DNA from: Tubulanus polymorphus
Taxonomy: Eukaryota; Animalia; Nemertea
DNA length: 64,000 nucleotides
Assembly: GCF_964204645.1 (NCBI RefSeq)
Contig: NC_134032.1
Coordinates: 12,078,275-12,142,274 of the forward strand
Direction: 5' to 3'
This document shows, one piece after another, positions 12,851 to 26,669 of this stretch. Positions within the stretch are counted from its first letter, which is position 1, and every line of letters starts with the position of its first letter. The notes beneath the pieces were generated by a model. It was not told the origin of the DNA. It ran no database searches and saw nothing but the letters and a program-made list of their open reading frames with translations. The translations under genes and the position numbers were made by a program.

Positions 12851-13885
12851 CCCACAGCCCCTCGTTCACTCGTCACTCCCCTTTCTCATGTTTGTTTTCT
12901 TTCATCTCTCTCTCTCTCTCCTATTTCACATAATCTCCCTCCACACTTTATTCATCGTCACCCTCCTTCTAACTTCAGATCGCAGTTAAACTGTTCAGAA
13001 AAGAGCCCTGTACCGTACGAATCTCTAGTCTCTCCCTAAATCCTCTCCTCCCCTGATTCTTCCCTCCTCTCTATCTTTCTACATCCCCTTTCACAAACTT
13101 GCCACATCTTATTTTCTCCATCGTTCTATCATCTTCTGTTATCAATCTTTCTTTCCTTCCCGCTAATTTCAGAACATAATTTACCCCTTCAGCAGCGAGC
13201 CTTGTACCGCACGTTCCTCTGTTTCTAGTCCTCCAGTCCCTCTTCTATCAATCCTTTTCAGCCTTATTCCAGCCCATAATTTCTCTGCCATTTTCGTATA
13301 GTGTCCGCTCTCTAAACTCCCACCCCGTTCTCTTTCTCTTCTCTCATTTCTTTTGTACTCAATGTAATGCATATATCATATACGAAACATCTTGGCAATC
13401 GTCATCATTAACAGGCCTACGAGGACTCCCAGATCCGGAGTTTCCATCCGGTCAAATAATTGATTTATCGTGCGAATTTCTCTTTCCATCCGTCGCCAGT
13501 ATACGATGTCCAGTAACAATACGAATTCTGACGTCACGATATACGAGGTGCATTAGGAGAGAAAAGAGATAGTGAGAGAGAAAGGCACTGTGAAAATTAT
13601 CATATTCATCATCACGAGAAAATCTGGATCCAGAGTTGTCTTAATGCGATCAGAAAGAATGGTATAATATGGTTGTAGTCGGCAGGCGACCGAGTGAACA
13701 ATGAACTCGCCTGACCCACTACGACGACAAGAGAATGCGGTGGATATTCTCAAAATCTAATTAGTTGCGGAAAACTAATTAGCTCTCAAACGAATAAGGA
13801 AGAGCAGCGGCTCTATGAATGTTACCGTCTTGTGTTATTGTTCACAGGGACACACACACATTCTAGTCGAGATCCGCTATGAGCG

Positions 13886-14412
13886 CTGGAGTGCAGTAGG
13901 ACATCAACAGATAAAAAGGATTGCACTTGTGGCAAGTGAGGTGCCGCGTCAGTGTGCAATAGGACATCAACTACTGCAGATAAAGAGGATAAGACTTGTG
14001 GAAAGTGATGATCCACCAGATGCGTTAGTGTTCTGTAGGATAGGCCATCAACAATACTCGATATCCTATCATTCACTGACGCATCTGGTGGATCCTCACT
14101 TTCCACAAGTCTTATCCTCTTTATCTGCAGTAGTTGATGTCCTATTGCACACTGGCGTGGCACCTCACTTGCCACAAGTGGATTCCTTTATTGCCACAGT
14201 AGTTGATACCCTCTACTGCACACTAGCGACACCTGGCTGATCATCACTTGTGATAAGCGGAATCCTCTATTTCCACGGTAGTAGTTGATGCCCTACTGCA
14301 CAGTAGCACACCTGGTGGACCCTCCCTTGCCAGAAGCGGAATCCTCTATTGACACAGTAGTTGATGTCCAGACTGGAGCGACCTGGTGGATCCTCACTTG
14401 CCACAAGTGGAA
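13886..14412. repeat. 76-bp family array in head-to-head (palindromic) arrangement
   Basis: Arms ~13915-14043 and ~14062-14190 are near-perfect reverse complements. This explains the twin +/- ORFs in the track. Confidence 0.9.
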
Positions 14413-17400
14413 TACCGATATAATTTTAGTTTCGTTCGACTAATCGGGCATTAAAGCAGGTTTATGATATACTTTTCGCAACCATTGATCCAGGCGAAAA
14501 ATAAGTCTGCGGCTGAGAACTGAAAATTATCTATTAAGAATTGAAAATCAATTGCACACCGATAAGAATCGTTCGTTCGGCACGTATCATAACACAATTC
14601 TCAATCACTGCCCCAGTAGTACAACATACATTATCTCAGTAAATATCCATTTTTACGACAATTACCAGCATTTTCTATAACGTAATGGTTATCATTCATT
14701 CAGATTGCACCCAGAGCGCTGTGGCGAGATAACCGAGTGAAAAATCGTGCGTCAATCTTCATTGTCGCATAAACACGTGCTCTGCCCTCGCGGGAAATCT
14801 CTGTAGAAAATGATATTAAAAACGCCATACAATAGCGAAATATCAATATAATTTCTACAGTATACCGAGAATAGTACAATGAACTATTCCAGTTATCCAG
14901 TGACGTTGGTTAAATTTTGTCGCGAGTTGGTGTCAAATGAATTAGACCGTGCTAACTACAGTAGACTCTGTCGTTTACTGCGTTAAGGTTGTGACTGGTA
15001 ATATTCTATCCCGAGTCATCGTCAAATACTGAGTAAGGGTTTGAGAAACACACAGATTCTGTCTCTTACTCGGAATTTGTAGACGATACAATCTACTTGT
15101 TATGCTTTACTTCTTCTAGCCTCAAACTAACCCATTTTATCGCCCTGGATCCCGAATGTGGCCCGTGGTCGGAGATAAATCAATCTGACATTTTGATTTA
15201 CAATCCTAGAGGCTGTACCCTGTAGATCAAGTCAATGGGAGCGTGGTTACCCAAGCCAGGGAGCCAGGGGGCGGGGGACGGTTGGGGTTATTCTGTTGTT
15301 TTAAATCGTCCATTAATCCTTGTCGTCGACGCCTGCAGCAGGATCAGGGTCGTTACGGATTGATTTGCATAACGTTCTCAGTTAGCTGATTCTAGATCAT
15401 GTTTTATTCAAATATTTGCTAAGGTCTTATTTTTATCGAACATGTCGTTGTCCCTAACGGATTGAATAAGTAAAACTTTCTTTCTACACGAGCTATTTTT
15501 ATCGGATAAATACCCTTATTTTGAATACATCAAGAAGCGGCCATATTGGATCACGCGAAGTTTGATCAGATCGCCCGATACTTGGGGGAACATGTCAGTT
15601 GTTATGCCCACATTTTTTTGCGTGTAATGAAATTTACGATCGGAATTGAAATCAAATTGACACCATTCTACCCTATTTCATTTTACATACGTCGAGTATT
15701 TACAATCGTAAATGATAACAAAAAACTGTAGGTCTATACTGTAAGGTGGCGACCTCTATATGAATATCACGTGGCTTGTGTTGTCGATAAAAAGATGGCT
15801 TAAATGAATAGAACATCCAGTTTTTTTTCAATTTCCGGCTCCAATAGTATCTGGTTGAATCGGCGCGCAGTACCGCATTCATTCTCAAGATGGCCACCAT
15901 ATAAGCGTATCCGGATTGATTTCCGTGAAATATAGATTTCAATTGGTTTATTTTTATTTTCTTATCATCTTGCTTGACTTGCTGCAGCAAGTTGATCGGT
16001 CTGATTTAATCTGAACGCATTTAGACTGTATGATTCTTATGACGATCCTGTAATTCGATATAGGTTTTCTGGACTCCTACAGGAGCCGATCCGGACGGGA
16101 GCACACTTAAAGCGCATATGCTCCCGTCGCAATTCTCCCGTGCCCTTTTGAAAATACGAACCGGGCAATATTTTTCAGCGCACTCCTTCCACCGACGACT
16201 GATAGACTAGCTTATATTCTCGCTTAAGTGCCTAGAAATTGTATGAAAATGCACTGGAATTTCAAATTTTTTCGGAACGCTATTTTGGCTTGACGCTCGT
16301 GTTGCGTGGATACTTTTTTACTGTATCAATGCCCGTTTTTCGTTCCTGTGTGATTCTGTCAAAGTCTAAGCAATGACGACTATGCAAACGGCCCCTGCTG
16401 CTATCCACGATTGGTTGAATGTCTAATCCGTTCAACTAAACGTTCGAAATTAATTCCTATGAGATTTTGCATCTAAATTTGATCATTGGATCTTAATTAA
16501 CGCTTGACATTCGATAGTTTTCAGCATTATTTTCAGCCGACAGCAATTATAGAAAACTGACGAAATTACCACACGACATTTCACAATTCAGTGTCCTTGA
16601 CCTCTGAACATGACTGGGTAAAACTAGCAATTAGTTTAATGACAACTTCTACTTCGTTGGAAATGAATCGAGAGTCAGCGCGTTAAGGCTGAGTGTTATA
16701 AATGTAATTGTTTTTTTGCAGAACAAGTGACAACGACTAAATATGAATGGTGTCAATAATAAATAGTACCTCGAGCGAAGGGTAGGGGGGAGAGAGAGGA
16801 CGGGAGTGGGGAAGCCCACGAGACGGGGATAATAGGAGAGAGAGAGAGAGTGTAAGGATAATCGAGGATTGGGAAGGGGATGGAATGATAGGAGATGGCG
16901 GAGAGAGGGCGGGAAGAAAGAGAGTTGAACGATGAGCGGGGGAAGAAGTAAGAGGGGTGAGAGAGATGAGTGAGAGGAAAAGAATAGAGGCATAAGAAAG
17001 ACTCGAAAGCGAGAAAGAAAAAGCCATTGATTTCTTTGACGTTTTTTTTTTTGGTTTGTTTCGAAGAAAATCAGATGAAAAGCGACATCTCTTTCGCGAC
17101 CCTGTTTCATCATCCTCGCTTGCCAGGGGTTCGGTATCGCTCCCCGAATTCGGTATCGCTTCCACCAACGGGGGATAGCTTTAGCACAATGGGTTCGAAT
17201 CCCTTAACGGGTGTGAAGATACTGTTTCATGAGATCTGATTAAAAGACGACGGAATAGTTTTGACTTGTTTTGTGCGATCGAACGTAGCTAATCGCATCG
17301 CATCACCAGGCAAGGTGTAAGCTCGTTTTTGCTCGTGGTTCGTATATAGATCAGGATATAGATCAGGCCCGTTTTAGCAAAATCTCCAGTGCCTAGGTTG

Positions 17401-17879
17401 CGGTAATTCATAATATTGTGCTTATCAACATTAAAACGAAACCGGGCTCGGAGCCATCCCCTTCGGCGTGCAAAAAGAAGATTTCTAATGCCGTCTATTG
17501 CCGTAAACCTAGGCTTTACTGTCGTATAATACTCGTGATATCATCATCCGTGTTTTAGTGTCGTAAATTATGTATAAAACGGAATACGGCAATCTAGTCA
17601 TCGATGTCGTAAAATATTAGACATACTCCGGAATACGGCAATCTGGCTATCTATGTCGTAAAATAGATATATGTTGTATGTTTAGTATTACAGAAACAGT
17701 GTAATAATTATGGCAATTATTTCAGATCTTCTCTTCCACTGGGACTTCGGTACAGGCGATCGAGACGAGAATTGGCGTGCAGACGAGAGTGACGTGAATA
17801 GGGTCCATCCACAAGTGTGTATACAGGGCGTCAACCATAATGTGGCAATGAACGATTCAATACTCGCGGTACGTGAGAA

Positions 17880-18056
17880 GCAACCAGGTGTGCAGTAGGT
17901 CATCAACTACTGTGGCAATAGAGGATTCCACTTGTGGCAAGTACGGATCCACCAGGTGCGCTAGTGTGCAATAGGTCATCAACTACTGTGAGAATAGAGG
18001 ATTCCACTTGTGGCAAGTACGGACCCACCAGGTTCGCTATTGTGTGCAGCAGGACA
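17880..18056 (+). repeat. 76-bp family array
   Basis: gaggattccacttgtggcaagt...ccaccagg units. Confidence 0.85.
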
Positions 18057-20084
18057 ACGTCGGCGAGCTTCCAGTGTCAAAGTATATGTCACTGTCGTAT
18101 GGCTGCTACGGCTAAGATGAAAAACATAATTAGGAAGAACAAATGGAATGCTAATTTTTTGTATGACTTTTTGTCTTAAAAAAATTGAATTAATATAAAA
18201 AGAAAATACGCGCCATCGAGTAGAAAAGTCACCTTTTCGTGACTGGTATGATGATATTTGGATTCAGGGTTCTTTCTTTTTAGTAAGAATAATCGAATGT
18301 TCGATAGATTGAATGACGACTTTCCTGAATTTTCTCTCGCGATTTAACGATAAATCAAATCGATGCAATTTTCGCCGGCGATCGCGAAAAGGCGGGAGAA
18401 GTAGTTGACACAATAATTACCGATAGAAACCGTCTGAATTAACAGTGAGATCCGCGGAAATGGCCCGCGTAACAGATTACCTGGGTAATAATGGATTTCC
18501 AAGAAAACCCACTACAGACGGCTCCTCAGACAGCAGCGGCGACATCCAGACGAACATTCTTCGATTACAAAACAAAAACAAGGCCGGTTTTTTGGTACCG
18601 TTCCAGTTTACTAGACATCTATAGAAGCATCAGTTGGAGCGCACTATTAGTGCAAGTTGCGAGGACAAGATTTAGAACTTCTAACACAGTCAATGCATAG
18701 TTTCTAACAAGGAAAATAATGGTTCCAAAGACAACGTGCCACCATGTAATTTCATCACGTGACCGACGCCATATAATGGCAATGAGAGATTTACACAACA
18801 AATCCCCGAAATTCATAAATGGCCAAATTATCGATCGTCACTATATACGGCAAGTCCCAAACACTGACGGGTAATCGAAATATGACGTCACTTACACGGT
18901 GCCTACATAAAGAAAAGCACCTGATATCTGACAGCTCGTCATAATGGACGTTAAACGCAAGCAGTAAACGGAAGTAGAATATCACAGTTCGCTGTTATTT
19001 GACTTTCAAAACGACTCGAGTATACGATACGTGAATAGCTAATCTAGCAACTTAAATAAACCGGTTTTAAAATTCGAGACCACTTTTGAAAGTAGTAATG
19101 AATAACTGGGCCCACAGACCTGAGATACCCGAGTCTATGTTAAAGGGAAGTTCGATGGTGGAGACTTTAAGATAAGCAGACAAGGTCGAGTTCACGTTTT
19201 ATCTATTTGCTAGTGCCCCAGCGGCCAGAGTTATCGATTATTTCAAACATAGATTTTGCCGATAACTCTGTTTACTTCGAGAGGTGAAATAGGCGAATTA
19301 ACTCCTTCCCGTGCGCTAAGTACTTCTAGCAAGTGACATGCTTTTCGTAGCGTTTCTTTTTTTATTAGTTCGACCCTTTAACGTACGTAAGCATACGCTT
19401 GAAACAAACGTCACTGGGTTCACAAACGTTTTTTGCCAGCGTTCGCGTTTACTGCGAAAAAATGACGTCATTTTCCAATTATCGGGCGTTGCGAGAGTTC
19501 CGAAACGTAAAAACGATATACAAAAACGCCGTGTCGTAAAACGTAGATAAACGTTAACGTAGGATAAACGTTTCAATCAATTGTCCGTTATACGTCGGAT
19601 TAGGATTTACGGAAAAACGAACAATAAAACGCATTGCGTGCACGGTCGTAAAAACGTAAACAGTACACGTTAACGCTTCGATCGCGACGTTACAACGTTA
19701 GATGGTAATGATTCTAACGGTAATTGTGAATTATATACACGTTCCAGTTATAGCGACGGTAGAAATGATTTTAAAGCCCGCAGTGTATGATTCGTCCCAG
19801 CAAACAAAAATAACGGCATAAAACGCTAATAAAAATATCTATATTTAGCGGTCGGCAGAAAAAAATGCTTAGAACGTTTAGGGACGATATTGGTTCAATC
19901 GCCGCTACAACAAACTGCATCGGTTTTTCAGTTGGGGTCGTAAATATTTCGCCGAGTTCAGAATCGAGGAAAAAGCAAGGTTTTACCGTGTGAATTGTAG
20001 TAAACTCTGTGATTTGACTAGTACCGAGCGTAGGGCGTTAACTCTAGCATAGTCTTATGGTGAAATCAGTGCATTTTCTTTAAC

Positions 20085-21440
20085 CCCACGGTCAAAATCA
20101 TTTCAATTTTCAATTACTTCATCTCGCTATTCAAATCAAGAAGTGAATTTTCAATTATTTCAACTCTACGGCAAAACCAGTTCGTTTTCTATTACTTTAA
20201 CTCTACAGTCAAAATCAGTTCATCTTTAATTTCTTTAACTCTACAGTCTAAATCAGTTCATTTTCAATTACTTTAACTCTACAGTCAAAATCAGTTTATT
20301 TTCTATTACTTTAACTCTACAGTCAAAATCAGTTCACTTTCAATTACTTTAACTCTAGTCAAAATCAGTTCATTTTCAATTACTTTAACTCTACAGTCAA
20401 AATCAGTTCACTTTCAATTACTTTAACTCTAGTCAAAATCAGTTCATTTTCTATTACTTTAACTCTAGTCAAAATCAGTTCATTTTCAATTACTTTAACT
20501 CTACAGTCAAAATCAGTTCGTTATCAATTACTTTAACTCTACAGTCAAAATCAGTTCATTTTCAATTACTTTAACTCTACAGTAAAAATCAGTTCATTTT
20601 CAATTACTTTAACTCTACAGTCAAAATCAGTTCACTTTCAATTACTTTAACTCTATTCAAAATCAGTTCATTTTCAATTACTTTAACTCTACAGTCAAAA
20701 TCAGTTCATTTTCTATTACTTTAACTATACAGTCAAAATCAGTTCGTTTTTTATTACTTTAACTCTACAGTCAAAATCAGTTCGTTTTCTATTACTTTAA
20801 CTCTACAGTCAAAATCAGTTCATTTTCAATTACTTTAACTCTACAGTCAAAATCAGTTCACTTTCAATTACTTTAACTCTACAGTCAAAATCAGTTCGTT
20901 TTCTATTACTTTAACTCTACAGTCAAAATCAGTTCATTTTCAATTACTTTAACTCTACAGTCAAAATCAGTTCACTTTCAATTACTTTTACTATACAGTC
21001 AAAATCAGTTCGTTTTCTATTACTTTAACTCTACAGTCAAAATCAGTTCACTTTCAATTACTTTAACTCTACAGTCAAAATCAGTTCGTTTTCTATTACT
21101 TTAACTCTACAGTCAAAATCAGTTCATTTTCAATTACTTAAACTCTACAGTCAAAATCAGTTCATTTTCTATTACTTTAACTCTACAGTCAAAATCAGTT
21201 CACTTTCAATTACTTTAACTCTACAGTCAAAATCAGTTCGTATTCTATTACTTTAACTCTACAGTCAAAATCAGTTCATTTTCAATAACTTTAACTCTAC
21301 AGTCAAAATCAGTTCGTTTTCAATTACTTTAACTCTACAGTCAAAATCAGTTCATTTTCAATTATTTTAATTCAACGGTCAAAATCAGTTCATTTTCTAT
21401 CATTTCAACTTTTCAATAATTTTTAATCTACAGTCAAATT
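20085..21440 (+). repeat. 38-bp AT-rich minisatellite, ~35 units
   Basis: Unit ctctacagtcaaaatcagttcattttcaattactttaa. Homogeneous centre, degenerate edges, some 36-bp variants. Confidence 0.97.
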
Positions 21441-22176
21441 CTAACTCAAAACTTTTCAACTGGGGTCGAGTCGCTAATTCCGTCGATCTTCAATAATCAT
21501 TTTAACTGACGGGACCAACATTCTTAAAAAGACACGAATACCTCTTTAATTAAATTGATTATTCGAATTGATTTCTTCAGCGTTTGATATGCAAAATTGC
21601 CAAAAAATAATCAAAATAATCGCCCTATTCGTCGATCTCACGGTGAGGCTTTTTTTGGAATTGCCGTTTCGTTTTTTTTTTGTTTCGATTTAAAATGGCG
21701 CTCTCGGCTGGAAATCGTTTTACTGCCGCTATCGTTAACGCGCGATGAGTCTAAAAGAATAAACACGATTAAATTGCGTTGTCGCCGCTAATGGCGGTTA
21801 ATGTTCGGATTTAACTCGCTGAGTAATTTATCATTATTTCACGTGCATTCCTTCAGCTGGCAGATTAGATAAATCATCCAGGCACACCTAACAACACGAC
21901 CACAGCTTTCCAATTATCTTCATTTATCATATTTTGATTTATCTATTATGATCTTATCGTTAAAAAAGCGAGACGGCACTAGTTGTGGACCGGCTGACTT
22001 TAACGAGTCATGAATTAGTTCATTTCTATTGATTCGGTGTCGCATGTAACACTTCGTCTCGACGGTATCGTTTATCCAGAGACGATTTACAGGCTGTTAA
22101 CCCATTCCTCTGGAAGTGGGTCGTATTTTCGTCACTATGCACATCTCGTACACCCAAACCATACCTAACATCTGAC

Positions 22177-22242
22177 AATGCTATTAGCCGTCATCAGGCG
22201 TACTCAGTTATTAGTACGCCTGATGTGATGGCTAATAGCATT
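22177..22242. other. 66-nt hairpin, pre-miRNA-like geometry
   Basis: 28-bp stem with one G:U and a 2-nt bulge, 8-nt loop (cagttatt). Confidence 0.5.
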
Positions 22243-22374
22243 TAGCCGAAATGTTACTCGAAATATAATCATTTTAACATAGAACTTTTCATTTTTGGCT
22301 GAATTTATTGTGGGATTTCTCTCGGATTTTGTGTATCTTCTTGTCTTATTTTGCACAGAATAATTCTGTTTACG

Positions 22375-22530
22375 TAAATTCGATCACACAACTATATCCG
22401 TACTTCAATTTGCAATTTCAAAATCAATTAACCCCCTGTTTCGCTCCCGGCAGGTGTGGCGGGTGCGTATATAAGTTACGCCAAATCAAAACGAATCAAA
22501 CGAATCTAGTCAATCCCTATTGATTGTAAA
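22375..22530 (+). repeat. Dispersed repeat (ctgtttcgctcccggcaggtgtgg...ccaaatcaaaac)
   Basis: Copies at ~36035-36340 (interrupted by a MITE) and ~37095-37230, fragment at ~30845-30872. Confidence 0.8.
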
Positions 22531-24328
22531 AGATAATCAGTTGTTCTGCCTTTATTATGAGTAGTGAAGGAGTTGTACTCGATTCATTTGAAGTAATGCG
22601 AGCTGTCGCTACGTCAAGTAGCATCATGTCAGGTATATTAGTCCTTACCAGAACAACGCATTAATTTGTGCAGAAAAACTTTTGCATACAGAAATAAACG
22701 ATGATTTTTTCCTAGAGCTGTTTTTGTTTTCGTTACCAGCGATCTCGGCCTACGCGCCCACGTGATGCTGAATAAACCGCTACACGGGCGCTCGGAGACG
22801 TTGCTTTGACGTCATCGCGTATTCATTTGCATGGCAGAGTACAGCAAGCGGCGCCACATAACGGCCCGCGGAATCAAACTTTCTCGGTAAACATTCGCTG
22901 ATTGTTGGAAAACAAGAACATATTTATGCCAATTGCTAGCTTATTTCTGAATGCAAAATCCTAAAAATAGGCAGATCAACTGATTATCAACGGAAATACG
23001 TTTCGAAACGTAGCACCGACGGCATATGTGTGACGATCACAGACAGTTCATTCTATAATAACCAACTATAATAATCGACATGTCTGTAAGAATCATAATC
23101 TTGTCCTCTGTATTTGCAAAATTAGAGTTAATGTTTTCCGATGAGTTTTTTCGGGGTACCGTTTTACACCCTCCCTGAATCAGACTCAGTCTCTAACCGC
23201 CCTTGTTAAGTTTATCTTCACGTTTCGACTATATCCAAAAATACATGCGTATTTTTGCTATATCATAATAGTCTTCTTCTCCGGTTTCAACGCGGATAGA
23301 GCGTTTCGTCAAGATCCGACTGAATAAATTTTGTAATTAAATTGAATAGTCGAAATCATCTATTTTCGGCTTTAGATCGTGGCATTAGAACATGTTTTTC
23401 ATGTAACTGCTTGAATTTTAACGCCTTCGAAAAATCGATTGCAATTTTAACATTAATTCGCCAATAGAACATGCAGAATATTCAAACGAGGCTGATTAAC
23501 GATTTTGAAAATTGACCCGAAAGCGAGGCCACGCACGGCAGACGAACGTACGTAATTAAACCTCGGTGATAGGAACATTGAATTCTCAGAGGGCGACTTT
23601 ACGAGTATTTTATAACCTTGAATTACCGCGCTTGAAATATTCGCGAGTTAATAATGACGCAATAAATAACTGCGTCGTCGAGATTGAGGTGGCCGAGTAC
23701 CGCGACGGAAAACTACAGAGTCTGGGCGAAAACCGCTTGTTAGAAGAAATAATCAAACCGTCAGCGATTGTTAACATCGGAGAAATCCGCGAAGACATAT
23801 TTAAACTGTCTAGACTAATGGGAAGCGAAAGTGGAGCACGTCGGGCCTCGGTGCGCTACTTGAAAATCGAATATCCTCCCGCAAGAAATCCGACTCGCTT
23901 TAATCGGTGAAATATATCGATAATCAAAACACTTACAAAGTTCCGGTCCAAGTACGTTTCTTTTCAGTTCAGGTGAATAACTAACACGATGGCAATTGAA
24001 ATAGCACTTATGCAACGGTTAAACATCCATTACTGCTTTCAAACGCGTATAATTAAAGCAACATAAATGCAGAAATGGGTCCATAAACCAATCGAATCCA
24101 CATAACTGTGGAACTGGGTCCAGAACATAATCAAATCTACGTAGAGCTGTAGTACGAAAGTCAAATACAACCCACACAAATTTGAAACTGGGTCCAGAGT
24201 CGAATCCACGTAAATGTCGAACTGGATCTTGGGTCAAACATACTACCTAGGTTCACGAACCGGCGAAAAATAAGATTTCTTTCGATGGAAATTCACAGTT
24301 CAGACGTCACAGACGACAAAAGACTTAC

Positions 24329-24510
24329 GCAAAAACACCTCGATAAACATTTGTACTGGTAGAATGGCTGGCCTTTCGTCTTTGATGTTTCCTTTTTTCA
24401 AAAGAGCGCCATGGGTCTCTGTGGTCACTATGATAGTAATGCGTTCACGCGCCACCATTCACGCGATATGTCTCCCCGCGGAGTTCCAGGAATTGACCAT
24501 GATAAAGTGG
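24329..24510 (-). other. Candidate 182-nt exon with stops in all frames and an internal ATG (24458) open to the donor
   Basis: Long pyrimidine tract tgtttttctcgtgtgctttttctctgaaag| and donor C|gtaagtc. Confidence 0.3.
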
Positions 24511-24779
24511 CTTTCAGAGAAAAAGCACACGAGAAAAACAAAAAGTGCCAGATCTGTAACTTTTTGGTTTCAGAGGGAGATTTTCACGATAGAATTTCAT
24601 CACGTTGGAAATTTGAAGACTACAGCTCGGAAATGCACTTGGATATGAATCTTCAAAATTTTTGTCAACTTTCAACATTGGATATCTATTCTCAAACGTT
24701 CATTGACCCAAGGCTCCAGTTTTAGAGCCAAGGCTTTTATCTAACCAGCTCAAGCTTATAGCCATTAGATTCTCGTCAA

Positions 24780-25130
24780 AGCCAATCCAACAACTTAAGA
24801 CTAGTCCTAGCTTAGTGTAGTTATACAATCTATCCAATATCTACAATCTATCCAATAACTTAAGACCATAAGCCAATTTGATAGAATATCCTTCAACTTA
24901 AGATCGGTCTCAAATTTTTAAGCTTATTTTGGCTTTTATTTATGGCCGATCCATCAATTTAGACCACCAAGACCACTGGTGTAGTTCTACAATCAATCTA
25001 ACAACTTAAGACCAGTCTAAGCCAATTCTGTTCATAGTTATATAACAGCCTAAGACCAGTCTACAGTCTAAGCCCATTCTCGTTCTAAAGCCGATTCAAC
25101 AACTAAAGACGAGCTTCAATCGTTCTAAGA
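24780..25130 (+). repeat. Degenerate tandem repeat (caacttaagaccagtctaagccaatt core)
   Basis: Core recurs about 6-7 times at roughly 40-60 bp spacing. Confidence 0.65.
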
Positions 25131-26669
25131 CGATCTTGACGTGAGCGACGCGAGAGAAATCGGTGATTACACCGTCTGCCATTTCACTTCAAATCTCTCG
25201 TTTCATCTCAACGGCTACATTTTTTTGCGCGCGCGAACAAGCGACGAATCCGTTAAAACTGTAAGTAGGATGGAGTATTTGTAAAACAATCCGCCCAACC
25301 AAACATTTTACCGGTTCTTAAATAGAATACTCGATGAGTGTAATCAAACATTGGCGAGGACCGAAAAAAACCAGAATGCGCTGAATGCGAGCCGGGAAAC
25401 CGGAATTGCCGGGCGTTGGATTACTCGACGGTATAGTCCAGGTCGCACTAGAACATTAAGTAGATAAGAAAGAGAAACGCTTACACGATTTCGCGTCAAA
25501 CAACTTAGAACAAGATTTCCAGCACCATTCAGGAAAGTGCGTATCGGCTTGCATTCTTTGAATTCCAGCAACCACGCGTGTGACATCTAGAACTACAGTG
25601 AAAAACTAATTTGAAAGTTTATTGACGTTTGAAAAAAAATAACAAGTTCCAATTATTGTTAATATTGTCGACAATAAATCATATACTATATCGGATCAAT
25701 AACATTGGATTAGAATGTATTGAGAATTGACCGGTAACCAGTCTAATCCCGATGTATTGATGACGTAGTGCACATCCTCTCTAAATAATCATTAAAACTT
25801 AACAAAAATACGTTATAAAAGTTACGATGTTAAAAAGATAATAATATCTAATTAGAAAATAAACGCCAATATTCACAATTGTAATACTCATTTTGAAAGG
25901 CGAATATTGATGACGTAGTGCACATCATTGTAAACGGTTTTTACGGCGTCAAAAAAGTGTCTCGAAAAAAGCCGATGATTTTGCGCTCGTTTGAATTTGA
26001 CAACGATGATTATTCATCCGTCAGCGGCCGATTCAGTTTTCGTAAATCGCGTAGGCAAAAAAGTTACATCTTTGTGTAAGAGTTAGAACCCCTCATCTTT
26101 ATTGTTGAGTTGTTTTGCTTTTTTCGTTTTAGCCTTGTTTCGTAGTAAAGAAATCTGTGTAGGCGATAAGGTTGTAAAAATATCCGTACGAGTTTTTAGA
26201 TTTTCCTTGCACCTGGCGAGGTCGTTGTCGTTTCGAATTCAACCTTTAAAACGTTTAGTTTTAAGACTTTTTTCCATTAGTTATTTCCGCCTTTTTCGTC
26301 AACGCTGGGTTTTTTTTATGGAAAGAGAGAAAGGATGGGCTCTTCGCGAAAATCTTAAATCGAATATTTCTCGCGATGTGGTCGGGTAATGTCATCGCGT
26401 AGTGCGCACGCTGAGATCTTAATGAGAAATCGCAACAAAACGGAAAAGCCTCTTACGAGATTTGCAAAGATTTCTAAGGCCAGAAGTATAGGCACGGATG
26501 AGGTATATCGAGAAATATCGGATACACACTCACCAGTCGGGTAATATTTCTCATAGAAATAAAAAAGACCTTTTTAAGACCCCAAGGGATCGCAACGGGG
26601 TCGCTTTCCCTGAGCGCTTTGAGAAATTCAATCCCACGATTCTGTTCAGAGGCGAAAGGTCGGACTTAC

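Noticed and set aside
13815-14240. Near-identical proteins on both strands
   Set aside because: Artefact of the palindromic 76-bp repeat array.
15216-15228. TACCCTGTAGATC, identical to the first 13 nt of miR-10
   Set aside because: The 3' half diverges, no proper star arm pairs with it, and no Hox gene is seen. Likely chance, though small-RNA data would settle it.
18481-18558. Candidate 78-nt minus-strand exon (MFVWMSPLLSEEPSVVGFLGNPLLP)
   Set aside because: The GAAG acceptor is weak and the + strand reads equally protein-like, so it cannot be separated from chance.
19316-19880. AAACGT-rich block, possible old DNA transposon
   Set aside because: No matching pair of termini or TSD could be defined.
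20085-21440. CRISPR-like periodicity (also 11270-12060)
   Set aside because: Units are contiguous with no unique spacers, there are no cas genes, and the context is eukaryotic. These are minisatellites.
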